NCBI GenBank assembly: GCA_951406725.2
Contig: OX597824.1
Span: 85,064,001-85,128,000, forward strand
DNA length: 64,000 bases
Source of the DNA: Octopus vulgaris
Lineage: Eukaryota
Direction: 5' to 3'
The first letter of the stretch is position 1. Each line of letters starts with the position of its first letter. Positions 25,242 to 39,168 of the stretch are shown piece by piece. The translations under genes were made by a program, and so were the position numbers. Under the pieces are notes generated by a model that saw nothing but the letters and a program-made list of their open reading frames with translations, did not search any database and was not told the DNA's origin.

Positions 25242-26111
25242 TATGTATATATAAGGTGAGTAAATCGGGATAAATTATCCAGGTGGGTACCGTAGCTGCT
25301 CTCAACTATGTTCCAGGTTACGGCTAACCACATCAAGTAGTAATAAGCATCAGGGATCACAGGTATGTGCAACACCGCTGTAATTCTTCTGATAGGTAAA
25401 TCCGGGATCGCTTCTCTGGATTATGAATATTATTAGCAGGAGTGCAAGGCGTGAATATCCCCTTTTTAATCCAGGCATAGCATGCCACATGTTGATTGTG
25501 TTCTCTTATTTAATACATTAAGATCTAATTCGTGGGACATTTGACAGTTATTTCTAGCATATTGTACGACCACATAGCGGTTCTTTCGTTGGTTTACCAG
25601 GGTTTGCAACCCATACCAATCAGCCTTGTCCGAGCGGACCCCTATTCCAAGTGTTCCTTCTGTGTTCCTTCATTGATATTTTCCGTCAGGCATCGTACAT
25701 TCACCTCTAAGATCTATATCGTGTTTTCCTTTTAAAACGAAAAATCTCAACTTACGTTGTTTCGAGTCGGTTTTTGACTTAACTTCATTTGATTTAACCG
25801 GCCATATTTAAAGAAGCATGGAGATTAGACAAAACAAACAAACAAACATCGAAAAACCAAGGTTGAAGTGGAAAATCAGATGAAATACATGCGAAAATAT
25901 GTACAAACTATTTATTAAAACAGACAGAAGCCGATAACTTTTTAAAAACGATTTTTCGTGTTACGTCAGTTGTTTTTTCAGTTAAGTCGCTTGTCTTGGA
26001 ACCGATTACCGGCGTAAGTTGAGGTATGCCGGTGTATTTGTTTTCAGAGAAATTTGGCTGCTATTTTTAGCAAGTCGACTGACAACGTTAAAGCTCTGTT
26101 ATTGTTGCTTA

Positions 26112-26207
26112 AATACCCAGGGACAAAATCCTCCGGCAGTCAAAATACCCCCGCGGGATATTGTTCTTTCTTTATAATAAAAATATTTTAGGAAAGTGAA
26201 ATCTTAT

Positions 26208-26250
<43 letters not shown>

Positions 26251-26272
26251 TACATACATATCATATATATAT

Positions 26273-26354
<82 letters not shown>

Positions 26355-26402
26355 GCATACATACAGACATACACACACACACACACATATATATATATAC
26401 AT

Positions 26403-26436
<34 letters not shown>

Positions 26437-26517
26437 TTATTAATTGATATTTTGGTTTAAAATTTGTCCCGGGAGATTTTGCCCTTGGCGGGGTGGGGGA
26501 TTTTGTCCTGATATCCC
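26112..26517. mobile_element. MITE with GGACAAAATCCC subterminal repeats (MULE/hAT-like), split by a microsatellite
   Basis: Inverted homolog of 56142-56374. Ends are GGACAAAATCC / GGATTTTGTCCTGATATCCC. Confidence 0.65.
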
Positions 26518-26959
26518 AGGGAATGGTTAATAACAGAGTTAATGAATAAATGTTCACCGTTTGTCTTGCTGACAAAATGAGTGCACGATATGAAATCAAG
26601 AAATGACTTTGATGCATCGCGAGGGATTGTAGCCAATGTGAGCCTGGCGTGCTCTTTCCGTGATCAATCGACTAGCTTGCTAGAAATAGTTACCAAATTC
26701 CTTCAGATCACATCTTACCGTCTTAAAAAAAAGGAAGAGCACATTAGATAATTTTGCCCAGCCGTGACTGTCCTGTTACCATAAACTTGAGAGTGACAGG
26801 ATGGTCACGACTGGAATGTCTGATGAAAGTTGAAAATCCGAGTGATCGATTAGATTTGACTTAGGCACTAACAACAGCAACAACAAAAACAAGATATTAT
26901 AACCAGAATGTTTAAAAAATATTATCATCGTCATCGTCATCATCATCATCAACAACAAC

Positions 26960-28545
26960 TACAACATCACCATAATCTTCCAACTTTGCGGAGCCCTTTT
27001 TTGTGCTTCCTCTTCAAAACAGTGATGGCTTTCGAAGTATTAACCACACAGAAGAAGCCTTCACCTTTGCTATCCAACTCTGTTCCGTACACACACTCAT
27101 ACACACACACACACACACACACACACCAACAGTGGAAACATTTCATTGGTTCAAACAAACAAGATTACCAACGCCGACAACGTTCCTTCCGTGACACTCA
27201 AGTGTTGCGGCCCCGAATCCACTCCCATACTCACTATACCTTTTTCAATTCGTCACTCACTAACCTCTTACCCAGCCCATTACCGCCATATTGCCCTCAG
27301 AGCCAACATTTATAAGATAATAAAAACAACCCCCAAGAATGACATTCTCCAACGTTTTGAATTTCTCTTTTCCATCACTAAACGCTTCCCAGTTCGGCTT
27401 CCAAAAAGTCAGACTCTTTAGAGAGTCTCGTTGAAAGCAACATTGTTGCTGTAGACATCAGCAAAGCTTTCGTTCGTGTTTGGCCAGCAAAAACCTTGTA
27501 TCAAAACATTCTGCCTATGGGTTCCACCTATCCCTCGTTTCTTAAATCCCTAACTTCCTATCTAATCGTGCCATCGCGGCATGGGTTGACGATGTTCTTT
27601 CTGCTCCCCTCTCAGTCAACTCCGGCGTTTCCTAGGGTTCTGTTCTGTCTACCACCCATTCCCCTTTTTCTATATATCACCAATGACCTGCTTCTTGTCA
27701 CATCCAACAAATACCCCCTTTTATGCAGATGACACGTCTCTTCATTCCACCCTAAATTTCGACAACCTTACATCAGTCAAACTCAGCCTGGATATCACAC
27801 GTCAAACCTTCACCGATTTCATAATCAGAGACCCAGTAAGAACTCATCTGTGAGACCTTACCAACTTCGTTTCTTTTAACATTAAGAAAACTTCGAGCAT
27901 TCCTCATATAAAGAAAATACCAAGCCACCATAAATCATGAACAACATTGAACTAGAGCATTCGCTGTTGCTCCAAATGTTGGGCCTCGCTATCATCGAGG
28001 ATATCTTATGACGAAAGCACTGGCATAGCTACAACCGCATCCTAAAGACTGACCCCTCTTTTAAGGACCAGAAAATATTTCTGTCCCCAAGAACCGTTGA
28101 TCCTCTGCAAGTCTAAACTCAGGTTCAAAACGGATTACTGCTCCTACATCTGAGATGCTGCTGTTAGTAGGCACACAGGCATCTCAGATTGTCTACAGAA
28201 AAAGGCGAAGGGCCACTGGACTAATTGGTATCCAAACACTAACAGACATACTACAGCTTTTGGCCCACAGGTGTGCTGTCCCCTCTCTCTGTCTTTTCTA
28301 TCGCTACGATAATGGTCTCTGTTCTTCGGAGCTGGCTGGTTTCGTATCTTCACCCCATTGGTATTCCGGACCCATTCTCTTGTTACAGTTTGTGCGTTCT
28401 ACACAATCAGCCCCCTACTAATCATTATGCACAATCCTTCATTCCCAGGACATTAATCCCTCTGGAATTTCCTCCCTGCTCGTCTTTCATGGTTGTCGAC
28501 CTGCAACATTTTAAATGGAACGTTACCGGCATTAAGCTCACCGGG
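26960..28545 (+). pseudogene. Degenerate APE-type LINE reverse transcriptase (CR1/L2/jockey-like group)
   Basis: Motifs VAVDISKAFVRVW, NSGVS*GSVLS, YITNDL, YADDT, DYCSYI, HRCAVPSLCLFYRYDNGLCSSEL and SFIPRT in order, with frameshifts. Confidence 0.85.
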
Positions 28546-29164
28546 CTTGGACAGCCTGCAAAGATCAAAGATCATGGGTAATGTCCTTTTCTCCAGACTC
28601 AACAAGTAAAAAAAAAAAGAAACAACAACAAAACAAAAGCAATCCTCCCCCTCATCCTCATCACTATCATCATTATTCCTCCACCTCCTCATCATCATTG
28701 TCGTCATCGTGTCGTCATCATAATCACCGAGAACTACAGAAATAAATAAGCAAAATAAAAATATAAAAATAACACGAAATACAAAAACAATAAAATTATG
28801 AACAGAAACACTTATATAATAATGATGTCGGGCACGAAGGGGAAAGAGTGCTCGGAAGTGATTTGAACCTAGAAAAAGAGTTGGTTAACAAACTGGACTC
28901 TGTGACATCCAGCGTTCCATTGTTTCAGGCAACTCCAATAGTTCTGTAGTAATAATGATAATAATTTAATAAATGGATTTTAGCATTGGTACCAAGCCAT
29001 AGCTTTCTGGGAGAGGGATGCGTTGTCGAATTTATCGACCCCAGAACTTGAGATGCAATTTTTTTTATCAATCATAAGTCAAAAAACAAATAAAGTTAAA
29101 GTTAACTTCAAGAGGATTTGAAATCAAAACTCAAATTAATTATGTGCTTTCTCGCGTAGAATAA

Positions 29165-29385
29165 CTCACAGGGCCGGCTACCCGGTTCCCGTCAAATATA
29201 AATGACCAAGATCACAACAATATCCCTGGGCAGGCCCCAGTCAGTCGCAGAGTCACTCATGTGCAGCTGAGTGGAATGAAATAACGTGAAAGGAAATGTT
29301 TTGTACAAGAACACAACGCACCGGGAATCAAGACCACAGTTTTGGTATCGCGAGCGCAACATCCTAAACACTAAGTCACGCTCCT
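29165..29385 (-). mobile_element. Old tRNA-derived SINE with V-domain-like tail
   Basis: tRNA-like head on the minus strand and CTGCGACTGACTGGGGCCTGCCCAGGG. Related copies at ~45440-45652 and ~61425-61555. Confidence 0.6.
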
Positions 29386-30472
29386 TTACCAGAACTTAAA
29401 GGGATGTAACTAAATGCTAGTTTTTAACAGTGATACAAAGACAGTAATTATGGAAAATGGAGGAGAGGGCCGATTAAGTCTACTACAGTATTTCATCGAT
29501 ATTTTGATTTTGTGGCATTCAAGCGAGAATTGAACGCTCAGAGGGGGTCTGGTTTTGCCCTTTGCTCTACCAGTTCCCCTCTCAGTCACTATTAATATTT
29601 ATAATGATGACGATGATTTTTTTCCAGTGATACAGAACTTCAAATATTGTTGTTGTTTGTTCTCAAAACACCAAGGAAGCGAGTAATGAAAGGCGTTCCA
29701 GCTGTGACCAGCTTGTCTATTTAAAGGGTATCTGGGACTACATTTCCTGTGTTCTTTTGCTTCGAGAGGGAGAGAGAGGGGGAGAAAGAGCGAGAGGGAG
29801 AGAAAGGGAAAGAGAGAGAGAGGGAGAGAGAAAGAGAAAGAGAGAGAGAGAGAGGGGGGCACGTAGTTTGAAAAGACATGACTGCTATCTTTAGCAGGCC
29901 AATGGGCCTTGTAGATGCTGCTTGGTTGTATCTTCGAGACAACAACTGATTAGGTACTAAACAACTTAACATGAACTTATCGACCTTCGACCCCGAATGA
30001 TGAAGGTCAAATCGGCTCCGACTTGTTTCCGACTCAGAACGTTATTAAATTTCGCAGGGCATTTTGCTGCCCCTTAATCAATTCTGTGACTTTTGATTAA
30101 CTTTTAGAAAGAATAAAAACAACAGGAACAACATCAGTAACAATCATAACAATAATTCTTTCTAATATAGACACAAAGCCTTGAATTGGGGTGGGGACAG
30201 ATGGGAGTCAATGCCATTGACCCCAGTACATGACTGTTACTTTATTTTGTCGATCCCGAAAGGAATAAAAGCAAAATTGACCTCTGCAGGATTTGAACTC
30301 GGAACGCAGGGAGCCGGAATAAATACAACAAGGTAATTTTCTCGTCTGCTCATCAGTTTTAGGCACAAGCCTGAAATTTTGGCGGAGGGGGCAAATCGAT
30401 TACATCAACCCTAGTGCTCAACTGGTACTTATTTTATCGACCCCGAAAGGATAAGATACAAAATTGATCTCG

Positions 30473-30504
<32 letters not shown>

Positions 30505-30718
30505 TTCAAATTTTGCCACAAGGGCAGTCATTTTGGGGGAGGGGATAAGTTGATTACATTGACCACTTTTTTTCACAAGTACTTAATTTATCGACCCCGA
30601 AAGGATGAAAGGCAAAGTCGACCTCAGCGGAATTTGAACTAAGAATGTAGCGTCGGGCGAAACACCGCAAAGCATTTCGTCTAGCGTGCTAACGATTCCG
30701 CCAGCTCGCCCCCTTAAT

Positions 30719-30790
<72 letters not shown>

Positions 30791-31735
30791 CTCAGTGCTG
30801 CGAAGTACAGGGAAAAAATAACGTATTGCATGGTAAAACCCTATAAGGTCCAAGAGATCCAGATGTAGGTACGAATATGGTCCACCAAGAGTTGACTGCA
30901 TCTGGATTTAAATTAGAAACAAGGCTTTATTATAGCAGCTCTGAATCAATGTCTGCCCACCAGAAACTACCAAGTGTGTTTTCCTAAAAATGGTTCCGAC
31001 GTTGCCTCTGGTTTTGCGGTGCAGCCAGGGAAATAATTGACCACCTCATTTTTAGCCGCTCCATCCTAGCCCCAAGGGAATACATTATTCGCCATGATGG
31101 ACTTCGCCAGTATATGTTCTGACTCATAGCATAAGTCTGGACTCCTGTATGAGAAGAACTAGTGGGAACTTAAACCTGCCAAAATAGTAAAAAATGATGT
31201 CACCGTTGTTTGGGAATTTAGTCTCCAAACTGATCGTGCTGCATTGGCCAACAGACCAGACATTGTGATAAAAAATCACTTTGACAAAACATGCCAATCC
31301 CAGCAGACTGCAACGCTTTGTAAAATTGTCTGAAAAAATTAATCTAGAAATTTGGCATCTAAGAAGAACAACTGTACCTGTAATCATTGGAGCTTTGGGG
31401 ACAATATTAAAAGGCACTCTTAAACACTATGGCCAAGTACTAGGAAACCAAACGGTATCAGAACTACAAAAAAATTGTTCTCATGTGTACTGCCCAACGT
31501 CCTAAAAAAAATATATCAGCTTGAAAACGTCTGATTCTGTTAAAATTCTATCAAAATAGAAATATTGTAAATTTAACGAAATCATTGTTCCCAGATTCTG
31601 ATCTCCTTCACATAGACTATATCATTACTAGTCATCAATAACATCCAATGGTCAGGCGTCCATCTTGCTGCTACTTGCAGTCTCTGGGTGAAACCTGGGA
31701 CAGCTCATGTAAAACAAAGCAACCCCAACGTAAAT
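30791..31735 (+). pseudogene. R4/Dong-like LINE 3' fragment between (TAA)n arrays
   Basis: GFIIAALNQCLPTRNY, VVWEFSLQTDRAALANRPDIVI (RLE R-PD motif), TVPVIIGALG, ELQK. Confidence 0.85.
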
Positions 31736-31744
31736 AATAATAAT

Positions 31745-31944
31745 CTTTTCTACTATAAGCACAAAGCCTGAAAATTTTGGGGGAGGGGAGTAGGCGATTA
31801 CATCGACCCCAGTGTTTCACTATTACTTAATTTATCGACCCCGGAAGGATGAAAGGCAAAGTCGATCTCAGCGGAATTTGAACTCAGAACGTGAAAACGA
31901 ACGAAATACCGCTAAGCATTTCGCCCGATTTCGCCAGCTCGCTG

Positions 31945-32032
<88 letters not shown>

Positions 32033-32240
32033 TTCTACTATAGACACACGGCCTGGATTTTGTGGCGAGGAGACAGTCGATTAGATAGACCCCAGTACTC
32101 AACTGGTACTTAATTTTTCGACCCCGAAAGGATGAAAGGCAAAGTCGACCTCGGCGGAATTTGAACTCAGAACGTAGCGGCAGACGAAATGCCACTAAGC
32201 ATTTTGTCCGGCGTGCTAACGATTCTGCCAGCTCGCCACC

Positions 32241-32291
<51 letters not shown>

Positions 32292-32500
32292 GTTTCCCCA
32301 CATAGATACAAGGTCAGCAATTTTTAAGGGATAGGTTAGTCGATGTAATCGACTCTAGTATTTGACTGGTACTTTATTTTATCGACTCCGGAGATATGAA
32401 CGGTAAAGATGATCTCTGTGAGATTTGAACTCAGAATGTAAAAAGCCGGAAAAAAATACCGCAAGGAATTTTATCCGGTGTGCTTATGATTCTACCGAAA
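31745..32500 (-). mobile_element. Three SINE B copies interleaved with (TAA)n
   Basis: Each matches the family B consensus. Confidence 0.85.
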
Positions 32501-32781
32501 AAAAAAAAGAAAAAGAAAAAAGGAGAAAACAATCCCAAGAAAACAGAACAAAAACAGCAACAACACTAATAAAGAATCGGTCATGACACGTAATTGAAAT
32601 ATTATTAACGTAATTAACAATATCAGTCTTCAAAAAGAAAAAAAAATGTTACCAAAAACCAAAACCAAAACAATAAATATGATAAAACAGTGTTATACTC
32701 TTTGCTTTTTGTTTAGACATGATTTTTTTTTGTTTGGTTTTTAGATATGGCCGCTAGAGTCGTCTAAATAGACTTTAGGAA

Positions 32782-33285
32782 TTAAATCAGAGAGCATAAA
32801 CTGCTGTTTCTTTTGCCTGTTTTTGACGCATATCTTTTCGGCATTCCATTTGCTGCAGCAAAATCCGATTTAAACACGCTACCATCTGCCTTAGTTAACA
32901 ATTCTGTCGAGCCACTCTGTTTGCAAATATCTGTATTCGAGTTGTTCTCTAAGCAGCGGCTGCAGTGAACGGGGCAATACGTTGGAGTGGCGGATTTCTT
33001 TTTAGCACGCCGCCCCGGGGAGCTCCCACAGGAGCTATCAGTTGTTTCGTAACTAACTGGAGAATACACTTCAGATCTTTCAGAATGCACAGTGTCTGGG
33101 TTTTCTAAGTCGTTTAGTAGCTTATCCGGTGTTAGACGCTCGTCTAGTTCTTCGGTTTGTTCAATAATAATGTGTTCTGCCTTATATTTCACGCTGGTTG
33201 CCTTTTTTATTTTGATTCTTCGATTCGGTAGCTTGATTCTCTTCGTTTTCGCACTCAGCCAGTAGCTTTTCATGCGTCCTTTACC
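32782..33285 (-). CDS. Terminal coding exon of a class III nucleotide cyclase, most likely a guanylyl cyclase
   Basis: Acceptor TTTCATTTTCCACAG directly precedes in-frame GGT AAA GGA CGC ATG AAA AGC TAC TGG CTG = GKGRMKSYWL, matching the (K)GKGxMxTYWL motif that ends cyclase catalytic domains. The 167-codon non-repetitive frame runs to TAA at 32782. Confidence 0.85.
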   Translation of the reverse strand, partial: GKGRMKSYWLSAKTKRIKLPNRRIKIKKATSVKYKAEHIIIEQTEELDERLTPDKLLNDLENPDTVHSERSEVYSPVSYETTDSSCGSSPGRRAKKKSATPTYCPVHCSRCLENNSNTDICKQSGSTELLTKADGSVFKSDFAAANGMPKRYASKTGKRNSSLCSLI

Positions 33286-33382
33286 CTGTGGAAAATGAAA
33301 AAAAGTATGGTTAAATAAATAAATAAAATTTGATTATCAATACATTTTATAACATAGAAATCAAATATATGAATTTGAAAAT

Positions 33383-33774
33383 GGATGGATGGAAGCACTC
33401 CGTCGGTTACGACGATGAGGGTTCCGGTTGATCCGAATCAACGGAACAGCCTGCTCGTGAAATTAACGTGTAAGTGGCTGAGCACTCCACAGACACGTGC
33501 ACCCTTAATGTAGTTCTCGGGGATATTCAGCGTGACACAGAGAGTGACAAGGCCGGCCCTTTGAAATACAGGTACAACAGAAGCAGGAAGTAAGAGTGAG
33601 AGAAAGTTGTGGTGAAAGAGTACAGCAGGGATCACCATCATCCCCTGCCGGAGCCTCGTGGAGCTTTAGGTGTTTTCGCTCAATAAACACTCACAACGCC
33701 CGGTCTGGGAATCGAAACCGCGATCCTATGACCGCGAGTCCGCTGCCCTAACCACTGGGCCATTGCGCCTCCAC
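33383..33774 (-). mobile_element. Young SINE family C, tail type 1, with 10-bp TSD
   Basis: Nearly identical to 16950-17344. TSD ATTTGAAAAT at 33373-33382 and 33775-33784. Confidence 0.92.
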
Positions 33775-34288
33775 ATTTGAAAATACAGATTCGGTGGTGC
33801 AAGCAGGAAATTTCGTGCGTTGGCACTTAACAAATTGAATTTGAAAATAAAAGCCACGGAAGAAAATAAAGTAAAAAGTGTCGTTCTGCTTCCCAAAACT
33901 CCAGGTTACAATCAAAATCTTGCAGAATGACAATTTCAATTACATCCATCATGTTGAATTCCAGACATACAAAATTGAACTAAAAGCCATTCTGATTCAG
34001 ACAATATTTGAAACATACGGCTCTTGAACACCGTTGTTGATCGGTCTACAGTTGGAGCATGAATAACTTGGTGTTAACCAACAACAACGGTAACATATAG
34101 ATAGCCGGGTATGAGACGATTTGGTGCCGCCTATTTGGTGTCACTGATTCGACGCTGACTTACTTGACATCGGACTTTTTAATGTTTTTCTTGTTCTCCC
34201 ACTCTCTCTTTGTTTACGTGTGTGAGCATTTTTCTCTTTACACGTATGATATGAAATTAAATGTTAATATCAATCAAGTTTAATAAAT

Positions 34289-34359
<71 letters not shown>

Positions 34360-34570
34360 TGTGTTTTTGTGTATATTTCTGCGTGCACGAGCGTGTGTGC
34401 GTTTGTGTATGTGTGTTTGCTTTCTGTACCTAAAGGTACTGTTCACACAAGAGGTTCAATGTTCAGTCAGCCGCGCCAAATCGTCAGCGTACAAACAGTC
34501 GCGCCCAGCCATCTCATTCTGTACAGATGAACATTTGTGTTCTGATCATAAATATGTGTTGATTTTTAAA

Positions 34571-34826
34571 TATATTCACCCCACTCTTGTAACAATGTTT
34601 CACCCTTAAAATTATAATTTCCTTTTTTTATTTTGTAAATATTTTATTAGGTTTACACCACCAATAGTAGGTAGTGGGTAGCGATTTTCTTCACTACTTC
34701 AGAGAGTGACAACCCTGCCTGACACGAGTCCCGGGCTCAGCTGGCTCCGGTTGACAGTACCCGGTAAGGGCCCCTATCCAGGGTTACGGAAAGGAGACAA
34801 CCTTCAAAGAAATCCGGAGTGGAGCC
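34571..34826. repeat. ~255-bp segment duplicated at ~37582-37835
   Basis: TATTCACCCCACTC...GAAATCCGGAGTGGAGCC is colinear in both places. Confidence 0.9.
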
Positions 34827-35293
34827 CCGTAGGCGGTTTAATGTTCGACTCAACACTCTTCCGGCAGCCCCTGCAACCAAGCTGGTGCCTAACGTAATGC
34901 TCTACACTCCTTTGGACTACATCAGCAAGGTCGACAGAGGAATCCTGACGATTGGGTTACCCAAGATTTTCTTACATCCAGCCCAGGCCTGCGCAAGACT
35001 GGAGAGGAAACTGGAGAGGACAAGAAATGTAAAAACCAGACTGGATTAATTTATGCACAACTCCATTGTCTCCAGAGACAAAAGGAAGCCAACAACACCA
35101 CCGATAAGATAAATAACACCTTTTATTTTAATATTTACAATAAATATAAGGTAACAAATTGGTTTATTGTTAGTTAATAATCATCAGAAGGTGAATTTTC
35201 CTTCACTTGTTCAGTACGTGAAAATTTAGTCCTACTTAACACGAACTTTACAATATATATATACATGCAGGCATGTGTATATGATACACATAT

Positions 35294-35357
<64 letters not shown>

Positions 35358-35469
35358 CAATTAAGATTCAAGTGAGTTCTATTGAATTCACTTGAATGCG
35401 GTACTTAACTTAGATGCACCAGAAAACTATATGGTATTAACCATAAAATAATGTGGGGTGATTATAAAC

Positions 35470-35880
<411 letters not shown>

Positions 35881-35953
35881 CTTATAAATAAGGGCTAAAG
35901 AAGATTATTTCTATGCCAATATGCTGATAACAGACTTTTAAATCGTCAATTTC

Positions 35954-35988
<35 letters not shown>

Positions 35989-36144
35989 GCAGACATATGT
36001 ATATGATACACACACACGTATAATTTTACCACCTATCTCTTCATTTATCAGTATTTTTATCCATATATCTGAAAACACACACAGACACTCATACACATGT
36101 ATAAGTAACCCTTATTAACAACCCTCCTGATCCTCTATCCATCC

Positions 36145-36207
<63 letters not shown>

Positions 36208-36954
36208 CATCCATCCATCCATCCATTATAGAGAGACAGACAGAAAGAAATACAGATAGGTAAGTTATCGTCTCATTCATGGATGAAATGCTAGCTCGCT
36301 AGCAAACTATCATTTCACACATCTGTCTCTCCTTCTATCTATTTATATATCTAAATACACATACACACGGACACATATTGGTGTTAGCATTCCAATGTTT
36401 CAGTCGTATTCACGATTTATTACGCAAACACTGTTTCAGTGCATTCATTTATTCACTTTTACAGTTGACTTCACCGTTGTATTTATCACACACCTGTGGT
36501 TTATCATCTCACTGCATCGAGATACAATATAATTGATCAGGCGATGCAGACACACTTGGCAGCACACGTTCGGCGAGTGTTACTTGTTAAAATGAAATGA
36601 ATAAATAAAGATAGTGATTTTGCGAAAGGGTGCATTATAATCGTAATGAGAAGAAAATCCATTAACGGCAATGAAAATTACTAACAAATGGGGCAAGGGA
36701 GAGAACTCTGTATTTCAATGGACCAAAGAATAAATAGAGATATGCAGGGTTAGGGAATGAGTCTGGTTTTTGGTATCTATGGTGACAATTCTGGACATAT
36801 TTTGTTCTTATTACATTTCCTCAACAATGCATTGTAAATACACAGTTACACAGATCACAAAATGACCACAAGAGTACACAAATTTGGGCTTGAAAATAAT
36901 TCATTAAGTAGGCATATTAAACTAATAAGATTAAAAAATTATCCACGGTTACTT

Positions 36955-37371
36955 TCTTATTTGTTTATTGCCCACAAGGAGCAAAGCATAGAGAGGACAA
37001 ACAAGGACAGACAAAGGGATTAAGTCGATTATATCGACCCCAGTACATAACTGGTACTTAATTTATCGACCCCGACAGGATGAAACGCAAAGTCGACCTC
37101 GGCGGAATTTGAACTCAGAACGTAACGGCAGACGAAATACCTATTTCTTTACTACCCACAAGGGGCCAAACACAGAGGACAAACCAGGACAGACAAACGG
37201 ATTAAGTCGATTACATCGACCCCAGTGCGTAACTGGTACTTAATTTATCGACCCCGAAAGGATGAAAGACAAAGTCGACCTCGGCGGAATTTGAACTCAG
37301 AGCGTAACGGCAGACTAAATACGGCTACACATTTCGCCTGGTGTGCTAACGTTTCTGCCAGCTCACCGCCA
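36955..37371 (-). mobile_element. Dimeric SINE B
   Basis: A full copy followed by a second copy starting at GGTATTTCGTCTG. Confidence 0.88.
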
Positions 37372-38118
37372 TTCCCAGGTTACTTTCTGTGAGAAGTTTG
37401 TATAGTCAAGTACAGGCTACCATTCTTATTGTGGTGAGCGGAAAAAATAATTTAATCTACTGAAATTATAACTGTAATAAGAATAAAATAATTACTATCA
37501 ATAGGATCAAGGTAGATAATTCCTGAATCACATAAGGCACATTTTTTAATATGGAACTTCAGTTGACCAAACCGATCGTCAATATTCACCCCACTCCTGT
37601 AACAATGTTTTATCTTTAAAATTCTAATTTCCTTTTTTATATTGTAAATATTCTATTAGGTTTACACCACCAATAGAAGGTAGTGGGTAGCGATCTTCTT
37701 CACTACTTCAGAGAGTGACAACCCTGCCTGACACGAGTCCCGGGCTCAGCTGGCTCCGGTTGACAGTACCCGGTAAGGGCCCCTATCCAGGGTTACGGAA
37801 AGGAGACAACCTTCAAAGAAATCCGGAGTGGAGCCTTGCGGACGTAGTCCAAAGGACTGTAATTTTGATTTGATGTTTATTTTATCAAAAGAGGAGGATG
37901 AAAAACAAAGTCGACATCGGCGGTACTAGAACTCAGAATATAAAGAGATTTAACCAAATAATAAAAAGTAGATTTTCCGACGATCTACCAATTGTTATTC
38001 ATCTACCGCGTTCATTTAAAGGAACAGGTTTTCTTCAAAATTAAGAAACAGCTTTTTTTTAAAATACATATTCTGAAAATACAAGTTCAAATAAGATGGA
38101 ACCCCTTTTCTAACTACA

Positions 38119-38207
<89 letters not shown>

Positions 38208-38272
38208 GTATGTCTGTCTGTCTGTATGCTTGTCTGTCTCTCAGTCTGTCTGTGTTTCCACTCCCCCCTCTC

Positions 38273-38312
<40 letters not shown>

Positions 38313-38327
38313 CATGTATATATATAT

Positions 38328-38439
38328 AGGCGTAGGAGTAACTGTGTGGTAAGTAGCTTGCTTACCAACTACATGGTTCTGGGTTCAGTCCCACTGCGTG
38401 GCACCTTGGGCAAGTGTCTTCTGAAAAAAGCCAGTCGTA

Positions 38440-38496
<57 letters not shown>

Positions 38497-38568
38497 GTGC
38501 TAGGCCACTTGGTGTTAAACTGACGGTATTATTGAATTGATATCTAATTTTTCACCCTCATTTATGAG

Positions 38569-38603
<35 letters not shown>

Positions 38604-38831
38604 GTGTGTGTATGTGTGTGTGTGCTTATGTGTTTGTGTGTCTGCGTTTGTCCCCGCAACATCGTTTGACAACTGATGCTGGTGTGTTTACGTCCTCGTA
38701 ACTTGGCGGTTCGGCAAAAGAGACCGATAGTATAAGTACTAGGGTTACAAAGAATAAGTCTTGGGGTCGATTTTCTCGGCTAAAGGCGGTGCTCCAGCAT
38801 GGCTACAGTCAAATGACTGAAACAAATAAAA

Positions 38832-38832
<1 letters not shown>
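38328..38832 (+). mobile_element. SINE family A with expanded or interrupted internal microsatellite
   Basis: Head and tail match the consensus. Confidence 0.85.
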
Positions 38833-38877
<45 letters not shown>

Positions 38878-38957
38878 AAACTATGACATTTTACTCGCGA
38901 ACAACGTCGGGTATCTCTGCTACTATGTATTTATGTATGTGTGTGTGTGTATATATA

Positions 38958-39020
<63 letters not shown>

Positions 39021-39082
39021 TGTGTTATAATTTTGTCTTCCCACCTCTTCTATTGACACAGACAGTACGCACGCACGCACAC

Positions 39083-39168
<86 letters not shown>

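Noticed and set aside
25290-25360. Minus-strand CCTGATGC...GGAACATAGTT possible ribozyme remnant
   Set aside because: No GAAA and no convincing helices.
25740-26036. Possible pogo/Tigger-like MITE (CTCAACTTACG ... CGTAAGTTGAG)
   Set aside because: Only an 11-bp inverted match. The left terminus and TSD could not be defined.
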